This document shows positions 7,611-15,842 of a DNA stretch of 32,000 bases, piece by piece. The notes beneath the pieces were generated by a model. That model worked only from the letters and a program-made list of their open reading frames with translations. It did no database searches and had not been told where the DNA came from. A program made the position numbers and the translations under genes. The DNA lies in NCBI GenBank assembly GCA_016699855.1, contig CP064988.1, forward strand, positions 1,496,988-1,528,987, written 5' to 3'. Origin of the DNA: Rhodospirillales bacterium (GTDB lineage: Bacteria > Pseudomonadota > Alphaproteobacteria > Reyranellales > Reyranellaceae). How positions within the stretch are numbered: position 1 is the stretch's first letter; each line of letters starts with the position of its first letter.

Positions 7611-8374
7611 ACCCGCGCCGTTCGCGCGGCGTGCGCCTTGCCGCCGCGCTGCTCACCGCTTCCACCGCATTGTCACCAATCTTCTGGGCGCCACCAGCGG
7701 CGGCGCAGTTGATCGTGAAGGATCCCACGAACTACGTGCAGAACGTGCTTCAGGCGGCCAGATCGCTGGAGCAGATCAACAACCAGATCAGTTCGCTTCA
7801 GAACGAGGCGACAATGCTCATCAACCAAGCTCGTAATCTCGCGAGCCTGCCGTACTCCTCGATCCAACAACTCCAGCAGTCCGTGCAACGCACCCAGCAG
7901 CTGCTGCAGCAGGCGCAGCGCATCGCCTACGATGTCCAAAACATCGATCAGGCGTTCCAGACCACCTACGGCAGCGCCTCGATTTCCGCATCCGATCAGG
8001 CGCTCGTGGCGCAGGCGCGAGAGCGCTGGCAGAACACCGTCGGCGGGCTGCAGGACGCCATGCGCGTGCAGGCCGGTGTCGTCGGCAACATCGACACCAA
8101 CCGGTCTGAGATGTCCTCTTTGATCGGCCGCAGCCAGGGAGCGACGGGCGCGCTGCAGGCGACGCAGGCCGGCAACCAGCTCCTTGCGCTTCAGGCGCAA
8201 CAACTCGCCGATCTCACCGCTGTCGTCGCCGCCAACGGTCGCGCACAGGCGCTCTCGGAGGCGGAGCGCGCAGCGGCCGCCGAGCAGGGCCGTGAGCAGC
8301 GCCGCCGCTTCCTCACGCCGGGTTCCGGCTACCAGGCGGGCAACGCCCGTATGTTCCCCAACAGCGGCAACTGA
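7607..8374 (+). CDS. trbJ: P-type conjugative transfer protein TrbJ (VirB5-like)
   Basis: ATGA overlap with trbE. Signal peptide (…APPAAAQ), then a Q/L-rich coiled-coil region. Position between trbE and trbL. Confidence 0.85.
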   Translation: MNPRRSRGVRLAAALLTASTALSPIFWAPPAAAQLIVKDPTNYVQNVLQAARSLEQINNQISSLQNEATMLINQARNLASLPYSSIQQLQQSVQRTQQLLQQAQRIAYDVQNIDQAFQTTYGSASISASDQALVAQARERWQNTVGGLQDAMRVQAGVVGNIDTNRSEMSSLIGRSQGATGALQATQAGNQLLALQAQQLADLTAVVAANGRAQALSEAERAAAAEQGREQRRRFLTPGSGYQAGNARMFPNSGN

Positions 8375-8384
8375 GGGCGTGGCA

Positions 8385-8747
8385 ATGGACGGCAAGATGC
8401 TCGCCCGACTTGGCGCGGTGGTGTTCGTCGCGGTGGCCGTCACCGCGACGGCGATCGAGTTAAGTCGGGATGAGGAGCCGGCGGAGAGCTGGGCTTCGTC
8501 ACGATCGAACACGGCCCCGTCCGACCCCTTGCGCGACGAGTTGTTCCGCTGCCAGGCTCTCGGCGAAGCCGGGCCCCGCGACGCGGCCTGCCTGCGCGCC
8601 TGGTCGGAAAACCGCCACCGCTTCCTCGCGCCGGGCGCTCGACCGGCAGAGCGGCTGCCGGAAGCGGCGCCGGCTCCCCATCCGCCAGCGGACCCGGCCA
8701 TGCCGACCCCTCCGGCGCCGGTGTCGCCGCCGGTCGAGACTCGGTAA
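8385..8747 (+). CDS. Putative entry-exclusion protein, TrbK-alt type
   Basis: GAGGG lies 7 nt upstream of the ATG at 8385, in frame with track ORF 8184-8747. N-terminal TM LARLGAVVFVAVAVTATAI. The motif LRDELFRCQALGEAGPRDAACLRAWSENRHRFL matches the remembered TrbK-alt signature. Located between trbJ and trbL. Confidence 0.6.
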   Translation: MDGKMLARLGAVVFVAVAVTATAIELSRDEEPAESWASSRSNTAPSDPLRDELFRCQALGEAGPRDAACLRAWSENRHRFLAPGARPAERLPEAAPAPHPPADPAMPTPPAPVSPPVETR

Positions 8748-8751
8748 CGTC

Positions 8752-10113
8752 ATGGGCAATACCGGCGTCATCGACCACTTCCTCGAAGTCTTCACCCGCT
8801 ACATCGATTCCGGCTTTGGCCTGCTGAGCGGCGAAGTCGCGTTCATCGCCACGACCCTGATCGTGATCGATGTGACGCTCGCGGCGTTGTTCTGGTCCTG
8901 GGGCGCGGACGACGACATCCTGGCGCGCCTGGTGAAGAAGACCCTCTTCGTCGGCGTGTTCGCCTACATCATCGGCAACTGGAACAACCTCGCGCGCATC
9001 GTCTTCGAGAGCTTCGCCGGCCTGGGCCTCAAGGCCAGCGGCACGGGCTTCACGACAGCCGATCTGCTGCGGCCCGGCAAGGTGGCGCAGACCGGCCTCG
9101 ACGCCGGACGGCCGCTCCTGGAGTCGATCTCTGGCCTGATGGGCTACTGGTCGTTCTTCGAGAACTTCATCCAGATCGCCTGCATGTTCCTGGCCTGGGC
9201 GCTGGTGTTGCTCGCCTTCTTCATCCTCGCCATCCAGCTCTTCGTCACCCTGATCGAATTCAAGCTCACCACGCTCGCCGGCTTCGTCCTCATTCCGTTC
9301 GGCCTGTTCGGCAAGTCCGCGTTCATGGCAGAACGGGTGCTCGGCAACGTCATCTCCTCAGGCATCAAGGTGTTGGTGCTGGCCGTTATCATCGGCATCG
9401 GCTCGACGCTGTTCTCCGAATTCACCGCTGGCTTTGGCGGCGCGACCCCATCCATCGACGAAGCCATGGCCATCGTGCTCGCCGCGCTGTCGCTCCTCGG
9501 CCTCGGCATCTTCGGTCCGGGCATCGCCAGCGGCATCGTCTCTGGCGGCCCGCAGCTCAGCGCCGGCGCGGCGGTGGGTACAGGCCTCGCCGCCGGCGGC
9601 ATGATCGCCGCCGGAGCCGGCGCGGTCGGCGCGGTTGCCTCCGGTGGCGCGGCGCTTGCCGGAGGCGCGGCAGCCGCGGCCCGGGGCGGCGCGGCGATGG
9701 CGGGCGGCGCATCCACGGCCTATAGCCTCGGCGCAGCCGGCCAGTCAGGCGCTAGTGGCGTCGCGTCAGGTCTCGGCGGTGTTGCTCGGGCCGGAGGCAG
9801 CGGCGCTGTCTCACCGCTCCGCCGCGCCGCCTCACGCGCCGCCGAGAGCATGCGCTCCAGCTTCAACGCCGGCGGCAAGGCTGCGTTCGAAGCCACTGGC
9901 GGCTCCTCGACGATGGGATCGGTCGGTGGCGACGCAGCGGGCGACGGCAGCGGCTCGGCCGCACCGGCAACCGGCAGACCGCCCGCATGGGCGCAGCGCA
10001 TGCGCCGCTCCCAACGCATGACCCACGCCGTCCAGGCGACAGCCCACGCCGTGCGCTCCGGTGATGCCCATGGCGGCGGCTCTTCCGTCAATCTCTCCGA
10101 AAGCGACCGCTGA
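8752..10113 (+). CDS. trbL: P-type conjugative transfer protein TrbL (VirB6 family)
   Basis: ATG at 8752, 4 nt after the preceding stop: MGNTGVIDHFLEVFTRYIDSGFGLLSGEV... Multiple TM helices, then a long Gly/Ala/Ser-rich tail. The track ORF start at 8470 overlaps trbK-alt. Confidence 0.9.
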   Translation: MGNTGVIDHFLEVFTRYIDSGFGLLSGEVAFIATTLIVIDVTLAALFWSWGADDDILARLVKKTLFVGVFAYIIGNWNNLARIVFESFAGLGLKASGTGFTTADLLRPGKVAQTGLDAGRPLLESISGLMGYWSFFENFIQIACMFLAWALVLLAFFILAIQLFVTLIEFKLTTLAGFVLIPFGLFGKSAFMAERVLGNVISSGIKVLVLAVIIGIGSTLFSEFTAGFGGATPSIDEAMAIVLAALSLLGLGIFGPGIASGIVSGGPQLSAGAAVGTGLAAGGMIAAGAGAVGAVASGGAALAGGAAAAARGGAAMAGGASTAYSLGAAGQSGASGVASGLGGVARAGGSGAVSPLRRAASRAAESMRSSFNAGGKAAFEATGGSSTMGSVGGDAAGDGSGSAAPATGRPPAWAQRMRRSQRMTHAVQATAHAVRSGDAHGGGSSVNLSESDR

Positions 10114-10796
10114 TGTTCAAACGACCCTCCACCCACTATGGCAAAGCCCCCGAACCTGAGACCCCCTATCAGCGCGCCGCCCAGGTCTGGGACGAACGGA
10201 TTGGCTCGTCACGGGTCCAGGCGAAGAACTGGCGGCTGATGGCCTTCGGTTCGCTGATCCTCTCCGCCGGCTTCGCCGCCGCGCTGGTCTGGCAATCGGC
10301 GCGCGGCACGATCGTGCCCTGGGTGGTGCAGGTCGACCGGCTCGGCCAGGCGCAGGCAGTGGCGCCGGCTGTTGCCGACTATCGCCCGACCGACCCCCAA
10401 ATCGCCTTCCACCTGGCACGATTCATCGAGCAGGTCCGCTCGATCCCGGCCGACGCCATCATCGTGCGGCAGAACTGGCTGCGCGCCTACGACTTCACGA
10501 CTGATCGCGGCGCGGCAGCGCTCAACGATTATGCGCGGGCCAACGACCCGTTCACCAAGGTCGGCCGCCAGCAGATCGCCGTCGAGGTCTCCAGCGTTAT
10601 CCGCGCGTCCCCCGACAGCTTCCGCGTGGCCTGGGTCGAGCGCCGCTACGAGAACGGCCAGCTCGCCACGACCGAACGCTGGACCGCGATCCTGACGATC
10701 GTCGTGCAGGTCCCGCGGAACGCCGATCGGCTCAGAGCGAACCCGCTCGGCATCTACGTCAACGCCATCAACTGGTCACGGGAGCTTGGGCAATGA
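10113..10796 (+). CDS. trbF: Conjugal transfer protein TrbF (VirB8-like)
   Basis: TGATG overlap with trbL. Single N-terminal TM (WRLMAFGSLILSAGFAAALVW) and a periplasmic domain, with ...FRVAWVERRYENGQ... typical of TrbF. Confidence 0.88.
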   Translation: MFKRPSTHYGKAPEPETPYQRAAQVWDERIGSSRVQAKNWRLMAFGSLILSAGFAAALVWQSARGTIVPWVVQVDRLGQAQAVAPAVADYRPTDPQIAFHLARFIEQVRSIPADAIIVRQNWLRAYDFTTDRGAAALNDYARANDPFTKVGRQQIAVEVSSVIRASPDSFRVAWVERRYENGQLATTERWTAILTIVVQVPRNADRLRANPLGIYVNAINWSRELGQ

Positions 10797-11842
10797 AGCC
10801 GTATTTCCGTAAAGCCGGAAACCCGGCTTCACACATTCTCGTATTTCCGGCTCTGCGCCGAGGCGCATTGCCGACCCTCCTGCTGGCCACCTCCGCACTT
10901 GCCGGCTGCGCCACCAGCACTCCGCCTCCGGAAATTTCCTACGACGCCGCTGCTCCGGCCGTGCAGACCGTCGATCCGCCGGCGCCCGTCACCGTCGTCG
11001 AGATCCCGCGACCGCTTCCGTTGCCTGGACAGATGCAGCGCGTCGAACCCTCTCGAACCACACCGGAGCCGACCGATCCGACCGCCCGGGTCAACCAGGC
11101 CAACGCCGCTGCGCGCATGCAGCCGATGCGCAACGGCTTCATCAACTCAATGCAGGTCTACCCATTCACGCAAGGCGCGCTCTATCAGGTTTACACCGCC
11201 GTCGGGCAGATCACCGACATCGCGTTGCAGCCGGGCGAGCAGCTCGTCGGTTCGGGCCCGGTCGCCGCTGGCGACACGGTGCGCTGGATCATCGGCGACA
11301 CGCAGAGCGGCGCCGGGCCCACCTTGCAGGTCCATATCCTCGTCAAACCCACTCGGCCCGACCTGATGACCAATCTCGTCATCAACACCAACTTGCGCAC
11401 CTACCATATGGAGCTTCGCTCTACCGAGCGGACCTACATGGCCTCGGTCTCCTGGCAATATCCGCAGGATCAGCTCATCGCGCTGCGTCGCCAGAACCAA
11501 CAGGCCGAAGCCGCGCAGCCGGTCGCATCCGGCGTCGATCTCGCCAATGTCAACTTCCGCTACGCGATCGATGGCGACCGCGCGCCGTGGCGGCCACTGC
11601 GCGCCTTCGACGACGGCCGCCAGGTCTTCATCGAATTCCCGCGCGGCATCGGCCAGGGAGAGATGCCGCCGCTGTTCGTGGTCGGTCCCGAGGGTAACAC
11701 CTCGGAACTGGTGAACTACCGGGTTCGCGGCCATCACATGATCGTCGATAGGCTCTTCGCCGCCGCCGAGTTGCGGTATGGCTCTGGCGATCGCCAGAAG
11801 CGCGTCCGCATCGTGCGTACCGATGGGAGGCCAGCGTCGTGA
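10793..11842 (+). CDS. trbG: P-type conjugative transfer protein TrbG (VirB9 family), lipoprotein
   Basis: ATGA overlap with trbF. Lipobox SALAGC. Has VYPFTQGALYQVYTAVGQITDIALQPGE and VNFRYAIDGDRAPWRPLRAFDDGRQVFIEFP motifs. Confidence 0.88.
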   Translation: MKPYFRKAGNPASHILVFPALRRGALPTLLLATSALAGCATSTPPPEISYDAAAPAVQTVDPPAPVTVVEIPRPLPLPGQMQRVEPSRTTPEPTDPTARVNQANAAARMQPMRNGFINSMQVYPFTQGALYQVYTAVGQITDIALQPGEQLVGSGPVAAGDTVRWIIGDTQSGAGPTLQVHILVKPTRPDLMTNLVINTNLRTYHMELRSTERTYMASVSWQYPQDQLIALRRQNQQAEAAQPVASGVDLANVNFRYAIDGDRAPWRPLRAFDDGRQVFIEFPRGIGQGEMPPLFVVGPEGNTSELVNYRVRGHHMIVDRLFAAAELRYGSGDRQKRVRIVRTDGRPAS

Positions 11843-13065
11843 GCGAGACGGATCCCCGGAAAGAGGAAGGTCCGGACGAGGAGGCACGGCCGTTGATCAG
11901 CGCGCCCGTCGGTCCCGCGCCGATGCGGCTGCGCGCCGAACCGCCGCGCGTCACCCGACTGTCGCGAAAGGTGCTGGCCGGTCTCGGCCTGGTCGCGAGC
12001 GTCGGGATTGGCGGGGCGCTAATCTATGCCCTTCAGACCCGCGACGGCGGTCGGCCGAACGAGGAACTCTACTCGACCGATAACCGCTCGACGGCCGATG
12101 GCATCGCGGGCCTGCCACGCGACTATAGCGGCGTACCTCAGCTAGGCCCGCCGCTTCCGGGCGACCTCGGACGCCCAATTCTCGGAGCCCAGAACCGCGG
12201 CCAGCCCGTACCGACGCCCGGCGTAGCCCCGCCCAACCCCGGCCTCAGTCCGGAAGAGCAACGGCGCATTCAGGAGCTTGAATCCGCACGCACGGCGCGC
12301 TTGTTCGCCGGCACCGAGACCCGCACTGCCAATCCGGCGCCCACGCCGCCGGCCGCTGCTGCGGTCCCGCCCATCCCGGATCTCACCGGTCTCGGTCTGG
12401 CGCCGCCGCCGGCGACGCCTACGGCCCAGGATCGCCAGAACGCCTTTCTCAACGCAGCCGCTGACCGCCGCACCGTTGCGCCCGATCGCGTCTCCGCTCC
12501 GGCTTCGCCCAACATCCTGCAGGCTGGCGCCATCATCCCGGCCGCGCTGATTACCGGTATCCGCTCCGATCTTCCTGGCCAGATCACCGCACAGGTCACC
12601 GAAAACATCTACGACAGCCCGACGGGTCGCATCCTCCTCGTGCCCCAAGGCACGCGCGTCATTGGCCAGTACGATAACAACGTCCAGTTCGGACAAAACC
12701 GCGTGCTGCTCGCCTGGAACCGGCTGATCTTCCCGAGCGGACGGTCGATCGTACTGGAGCGTCAGCCCGGCGCCGACGCCGAGGGCTATGCCGGCCTCCA
12801 GGACGGCGTCGATTATCACTGGTGGGAGCTCGCCAAGGCGGCGGGGCTCTCAACGCTGCTCAGCATCGGTTCGGAGCTGGCGGTCGATGATGAGGACCGG
12901 CTGCTCCGCGCCATCCGCGACGGCGGTCAGGACACCTTCAATCAGGCGGGACAGGAGATCGTCCGCCGACAACTCAACATCCCCCCGACGCTGACAATCC
13001 GTCCGGGCTTCCCAGTCAGGGTCATCGTCACGCGCGACATGATCCTCGAACCCTACGGAGGCTGA
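11839..13065 (+). CDS. trbI: Conjugal transfer protein TrbI (VirB10 family)
   Basis: GTGA overlap with trbG. N-terminal TM, Pro-rich linker, and C-terminal domain ...GTRVIGQYDNNVQFGQNRVLLAWNRLIFPSGRSIVL...GYAGLQDGVDYHWWE. Confidence 0.88.
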   Translation: MSETDPRKEEGPDEEARPLISAPVGPAPMRLRAEPPRVTRLSRKVLAGLGLVASVGIGGALIYALQTRDGGRPNEELYSTDNRSTADGIAGLPRDYSGVPQLGPPLPGDLGRPILGAQNRGQPVPTPGVAPPNPGLSPEEQRRIQELESARTARLFAGTETRTANPAPTPPAAAAVPPIPDLTGLGLAPPPATPTAQDRQNAFLNAAADRRTVAPDRVSAPASPNILQAGAIIPAALITGIRSDLPGQITAQVTENIYDSPTGRILLVPQGTRVIGQYDNNVQFGQNRVLLAWNRLIFPSGRSIVLERQPGADAEGYAGLQDGVDYHWWELAKAAGLSTLLSIGSELAVDDEDRLLRAIRDGGQDTFNQAGQEIVRRQLNIPPTLTIRPGFPVRVIVTRDMILEPYGG

Positions 13066-13067
13066 AC

Positions 13068-13316
13068 GTGACCAAACTGAAACTTGGCCCCATCGTCGAC
13101 GACAAGCCGGTCAAAGTGACCGTCGAGCTACCGGCCTCGCTCCACAGCAATTTGAAGGCTTACGCCGAGCTTCTTGCCCGCGAACAGCAGCAGGCCATTG
13201 GCGATCCCGTAAAGCTCATCGTCCCTATGCTCGAACGATTTATCGCGACGGATCGAGGGTTCGCCAAGGCTCGCAGGGACCAGAACCAGCTGAAGACGCC
13301 CCCACGAGAGGCATAG
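13068..13316 (+). CDS. DUF2274 domain protein (usual last gene of Trb-type ICE transfer modules)
   Basis: GGAGG lies 7 nt upstream of the GTG at 13068. MTKLKLGPIVDDKPVKVTVELPASLHSNLKAYAELLARE...FIATDRGFAKARR matches the remembered DUF2274 pattern. Located immediately after trbI. Confidence 0.75.
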   Translation: MTKLKLGPIVDDKPVKVTVELPASLHSNLKAYAELLAREQQQAIGDPVKLIVPMLERFIATDRGFAKARRDQNQLKTPPREA

Positions 13317-14253
13317 ATGCGGGTTCAGTTCTCGTATCAGCGCTACCTCGTAGCGATCTGCATCCGCTGCTTGCCAGCAGCTGCGCGGTCTGCAGGAAGC
13401 TCAGGAAGGCCGGATTGTCGTTCGCCCCTAACCAGACGACGCTGAACGGCACGATGTCGGCTCGAGCGGTCAGCGGCCGCAGCACCAGACCAGGGACCTT
13501 GACCGCGTTCCACGCTGCGGAGACCAGAGTGATGCCCTGGCCAAGGCTGACGAGGTTCATCAGCGTGTCTTGCAGTGCCGCCTTGTCTTCGACGTCAGGA
13601 TAGGTGCTGTAGTCAGCCGACCGACGAACGATATAGTCATGCACCTCCGGGCCAGGCTCGCCCCGGCTGACGATGAAGTGCTCCGCCTTGATATCGGGCC
13701 AGTCGAGCTTGGGCCTTCCCGCAAGCGGATGGCCGGCCCACAGCGCGACATGGACGCGCTCGCGCCACAACTCGCGTGTCTCGCATCCGGGAACGGGATC
13801 CGACCCTGTGATGATGGCAACATCCAGTCGCTGGGCCCGGACCGCCGCTAGGTGCTCGCGCCGGCCGCCGTCGCGCAGATCGATTCTGACCCGCGGGTGC
13901 CGCTCCGTATAGGCTTGGACCAGTTGGCGCAGGAATCCGCCAGCCAGCGAGGTCAGGATGCCGATGCGTACCAGGCCTGTTTCAGCACGGCGCGTCGCAC
14001 GGGCGGAACGTCTTGCCGACTCAAGTTGCTCAAGCGCTGGCGCGACCTCCGCCAGGAACCGCTCTCCCGCCGGTGTCAGCCGCACGCCGCAGCGTGTCCG
14101 CTCGAACAGTGTCACGCCGAGATGATCCTCGAGTTGCTTGAGGGCACGACTGATACTCGACTGGTCGACATCGCACATTTCCGCGGCGCGCCTGAAGCTG
14201 CCGACCTGGGCGGCGACGGTGAGGTAATGAAGTTGCCGAAGAGCATGCCTCAT
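13240..14253 (-). CDS. LysR-family transcriptional regulator with an unusually long 3' end
   Basis: N-terminal HTH LRQLHYLTVAAQVGSFRRAAEMCDVDQSSISRALKQLEDHLGVTLFERT, then a LysR substrate-binding domain. The recognisable domain ends near ...FLSFLQTAQLLA (about residue 294). The last 43 aa look non-homologous and overlap DUF2274. Confidence 0.85.
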   Translation of the reverse strand: MRHALRQLHYLTVAAQVGSFRRAAEMCDVDQSSISRALKQLEDHLGVTLFERTRCGVRLTPAGERFLAEVAPALEQLESARRSARATRRAETGLVRIGILTSLAGGFLRQLVQAYTERHPRVRIDLRDGGRREHLAAVRAQRLDVAIITGSDPVPGCETRELWRERVHVALWAGHPLAGRPKLDWPDIKAEHFIVSRGEPGPEVHDYIVRRSADYSTYPDVEDKAALQDTLMNLVSLGQGITLVSAAWNAVKVPGLVLRPLTARADIVPFSVVWLGANDNPAFLSFLQTAQLLASSGCRSLRGSADTRTEPASMPLVGASSAGSGPCEPWRTLDPSR

Positions 14254-14341
14254 GCCACCGCCCCGGCTAGGAATGCAGCGACTTTCTTCCTCAGCTCTGG
14301 CGCGATCCCTCTTGGGAAGTGCGAAGCGATCTCGGGCTTAT

Positions 14342-14626
14342 TCACTTCGCGTCCGTTCGTGCATCTGGGCGGAGCGTGAGCAGGCAAACTGCAGCCGTGA
14401 TCGTCGCGAGCAGCGCCAGGACGATGAGGAGGGTCACGAGGGCGTCCGTGGATCCGAAGCTGACTCCGAGCGCAGAGCCGCTGACGACCAACCCCGCCCG
14501 CAGCAGGTCGACACTAAAGTCATCGACAATCTGCGGCAGCACGTCGACGCTCGGATACTCGGTGGCACCGATGGCAAATCCGCCGACCATCATCGCCAAC
14601 AAGGCGGGCAGTCTGTTCGTACTCAT
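14342..14626 (-). pseudogene. N-terminal remnant (about 94 codons) of an MFS transporter
   Basis: From the internal ATG at 14626: MSTNRLPALLAMMVGGFAIGATEY...LPQIVDDF...AGLVVSGSALGV resembles the first two TM helices of DHA1-type MFS pumps. The ORF stops after 94 aa, only 88 nt before the LysR start. Confidence 0.45.
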
Positions 14627-14859
14627 ACTCAAAGTGAATCTGCCTTCTCGGGTTGGGCCGGATTGGCGATGAAGGGCTCGGTCGATGAGGATGCGCGGAG
14701 AAAGCCGTCCGCGCCGGATTTCACTCGACATGAAAGATATCACAAGGTATGTTTCTAGTCGAGCCGCTCTTACCGGCATCAACCCTCAGGTTCAAGCCTT
14801 TGGCCGTGTGGCTCGCCGGAGGGCGCGCTGCACATTGAACGAACGATGCGAAAGGCACG

Positions 14860-15585
14860 ATGGTCATGCGAAAAGTAGTCGTCATTTTTGGAGCCGGCCC
14901 CGGCCTAGGGGCCTCGGTCGCCAGGCGCTTCGGCAACGAAGGCTATCAAGTCGCGCTAGTGGGTCGCCGGCTCAAACCGTTGACAGCGCTCGCAGAAGAA
15001 CTCGGGCAGAGCGGCATCCCTGCGGTGGCATTCTCAGCGGACCTGGGGCACACGGATAACGCCAAGGCCGTAGCCATGAACATTCAGGACCGGCTGGGGC
15101 GGATCGATGCTGTCTATTATGCCCCCTCTGGAACGGAGGCATTTTTGCCTGCCGTCGAGATGACCGTCGAGATGACCCGCGAACGAACCGAACTCATGTT
15201 TCATGGCCTCGTCGCCATCATGAACGCGGTTCTGCCGCAGATGCGACAGCGCGGCGAGGGAGCTATCCTGGCGGGCTTCGGGGCCTCGGCTGTCGTTGGC
15301 GAGCCCTTTATGAGCGGGCCGGCACCAGCCCAGGCGGCGGCGCGAAACTACCTCTATTCACTTCATGGAGAAGTGCTCGGAGATGGTGTTCGCGTGGGCA
15401 TGGTGACTATCGCCGCCGTCATCAAGGAAAGCGCTTATTATCAATCCGTCTTAGCGGGCGCAGACGACGCGCCGGATGGCTTCGAAATGCCGCTCGTCGA
15501 TCCAGACGATCTCGCAGGCCAGCTTTGGGAGGTTGCTGCCGGGCGGGGCGAATTGGAGAAGGCTTTCCCCTCCGCAGAATCCTAG
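14860..15585 (+). CDS. SDR-fold (Rossmann) NAD(P)-binding protein, atypical
   Basis: N-terminal KVVVIFGAGPGLGASVARRFGNEGYQVALVGRR dinucleotide-binding motif, 241 aa. No Y-x-x-x-K is present anywhere in the translated protein. The start may be the ATG at 14866. Confidence 0.75.
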   Translation: MVMRKVVVIFGAGPGLGASVARRFGNEGYQVALVGRRLKPLTALAEELGQSGIPAVAFSADLGHTDNAKAVAMNIQDRLGRIDAVYYAPSGTEAFLPAVEMTVEMTRERTELMFHGLVAIMNAVLPQMRQRGEGAILAGFGASAVVGEPFMSGPAPAQAAARNYLYSLHGEVLGDGVRVGMVTIAAVIKESAYYQSVLAGADDAPDGFEMPLVDPDDLAGQLWEVAAGRGELEKAFPSAES

Positions 15586-15735
15586 CAAGCCCGAGGTCTC
15601 ACAAAGTGAATCCGGATGTAGTTAGACATTCCACTCCTTTGAAAAGCCTGGCGGTTCTCCGCGCGGCAAGCAACTCCTAGTTAGTTCACCCGTGCTGCAC
15701 CTCGCTCAACTTGTTGACTTGACGCCCGTTCGAAG

Positions 15736-15753
15736 ATACCGCCCGGTCGGTAT
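15736..15753. promoter_or_regulatory. Candidate operator palindrome upstream of the TetR-efflux operon
   Basis: ATACCG-CCCGGT-CGGTAT (6-bp arms), 90 bp upstream of the TetR GTG, in a 257-bp lower-GC intergenic region. Overlaps a TATGAT hexamer (15751-15756). Confidence 0.25.
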
Positions 15754-15842
15754 GATTCCCTGACCCCGCTTGGAAATTTCATGAGCTATGATTCGACATT
15801 AACGCGTCCCGGTGTGGCGAACCTCGCCTGGAGGATGGTCGC

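Larger units (their letters stand above)
1..13316. mobile_element. Conjugative transfer region (P-type/Trb mating-pair formation plus coupling protein) of an ICE or conjugative plasmid; left end lies outside the window, right end not defined
   Basis: Colinear + strand order traG, copG-like, trbB, trbC, trbD, trbE, trbJ, trbK-alt, trbL, trbF, trbG, trbI, DUF2274. Start-stop overlaps (ATGA at 4545, 7607, 10793; GTGA at 11839; TGATG at 4875 and 10111) indicate one operon. Confidence 0.85.

Noticed and set aside
9540-9990. Highly repetitive GC-rich stretch (GGC/GCC/GCG-rich) that could be mistaken for a tandem repeat or CRISPR-like array
   Set aside because: It is the in-frame Gly/Ala/Ser-rich C-terminal tail of TrbL, which is low-complexity coding sequence. 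It has no regular repeat-spacer periodicity.
13317-13500. Search for an att-type direct repeat or T-rich 8-mer core (as I recall for Tn4371-like elements) just after DUF2274
   Set aside because: No such sequence is visible in this stretch. Without the left end of the element, no repeat pair can be established, so no att site is reported.
14785-14800. tRNA T-loop-like strings (GGTTCAAGCC at about 14786; CGTTCGAAG at about 15727) that might indicate a tRNA or att site
   Set aside because: The flanking bases do not form a T-stem, and no acceptor or anticodon arms can be drawn. No tRNA gene is supported anywhere in the window.
14628-15615. Repeated motif C(T/A)CAAAGTGAATC(T/C)G at 14628 and 15599 flanking the SDR gene, with related inverted copies at 14338-14350 and 14714-14725
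   Set aside because: An 11-nt exact match is expected by chance many times among all position pairs in a 32-kb window. There is no extended flanking similarity that would indicate a MITE or duplication.
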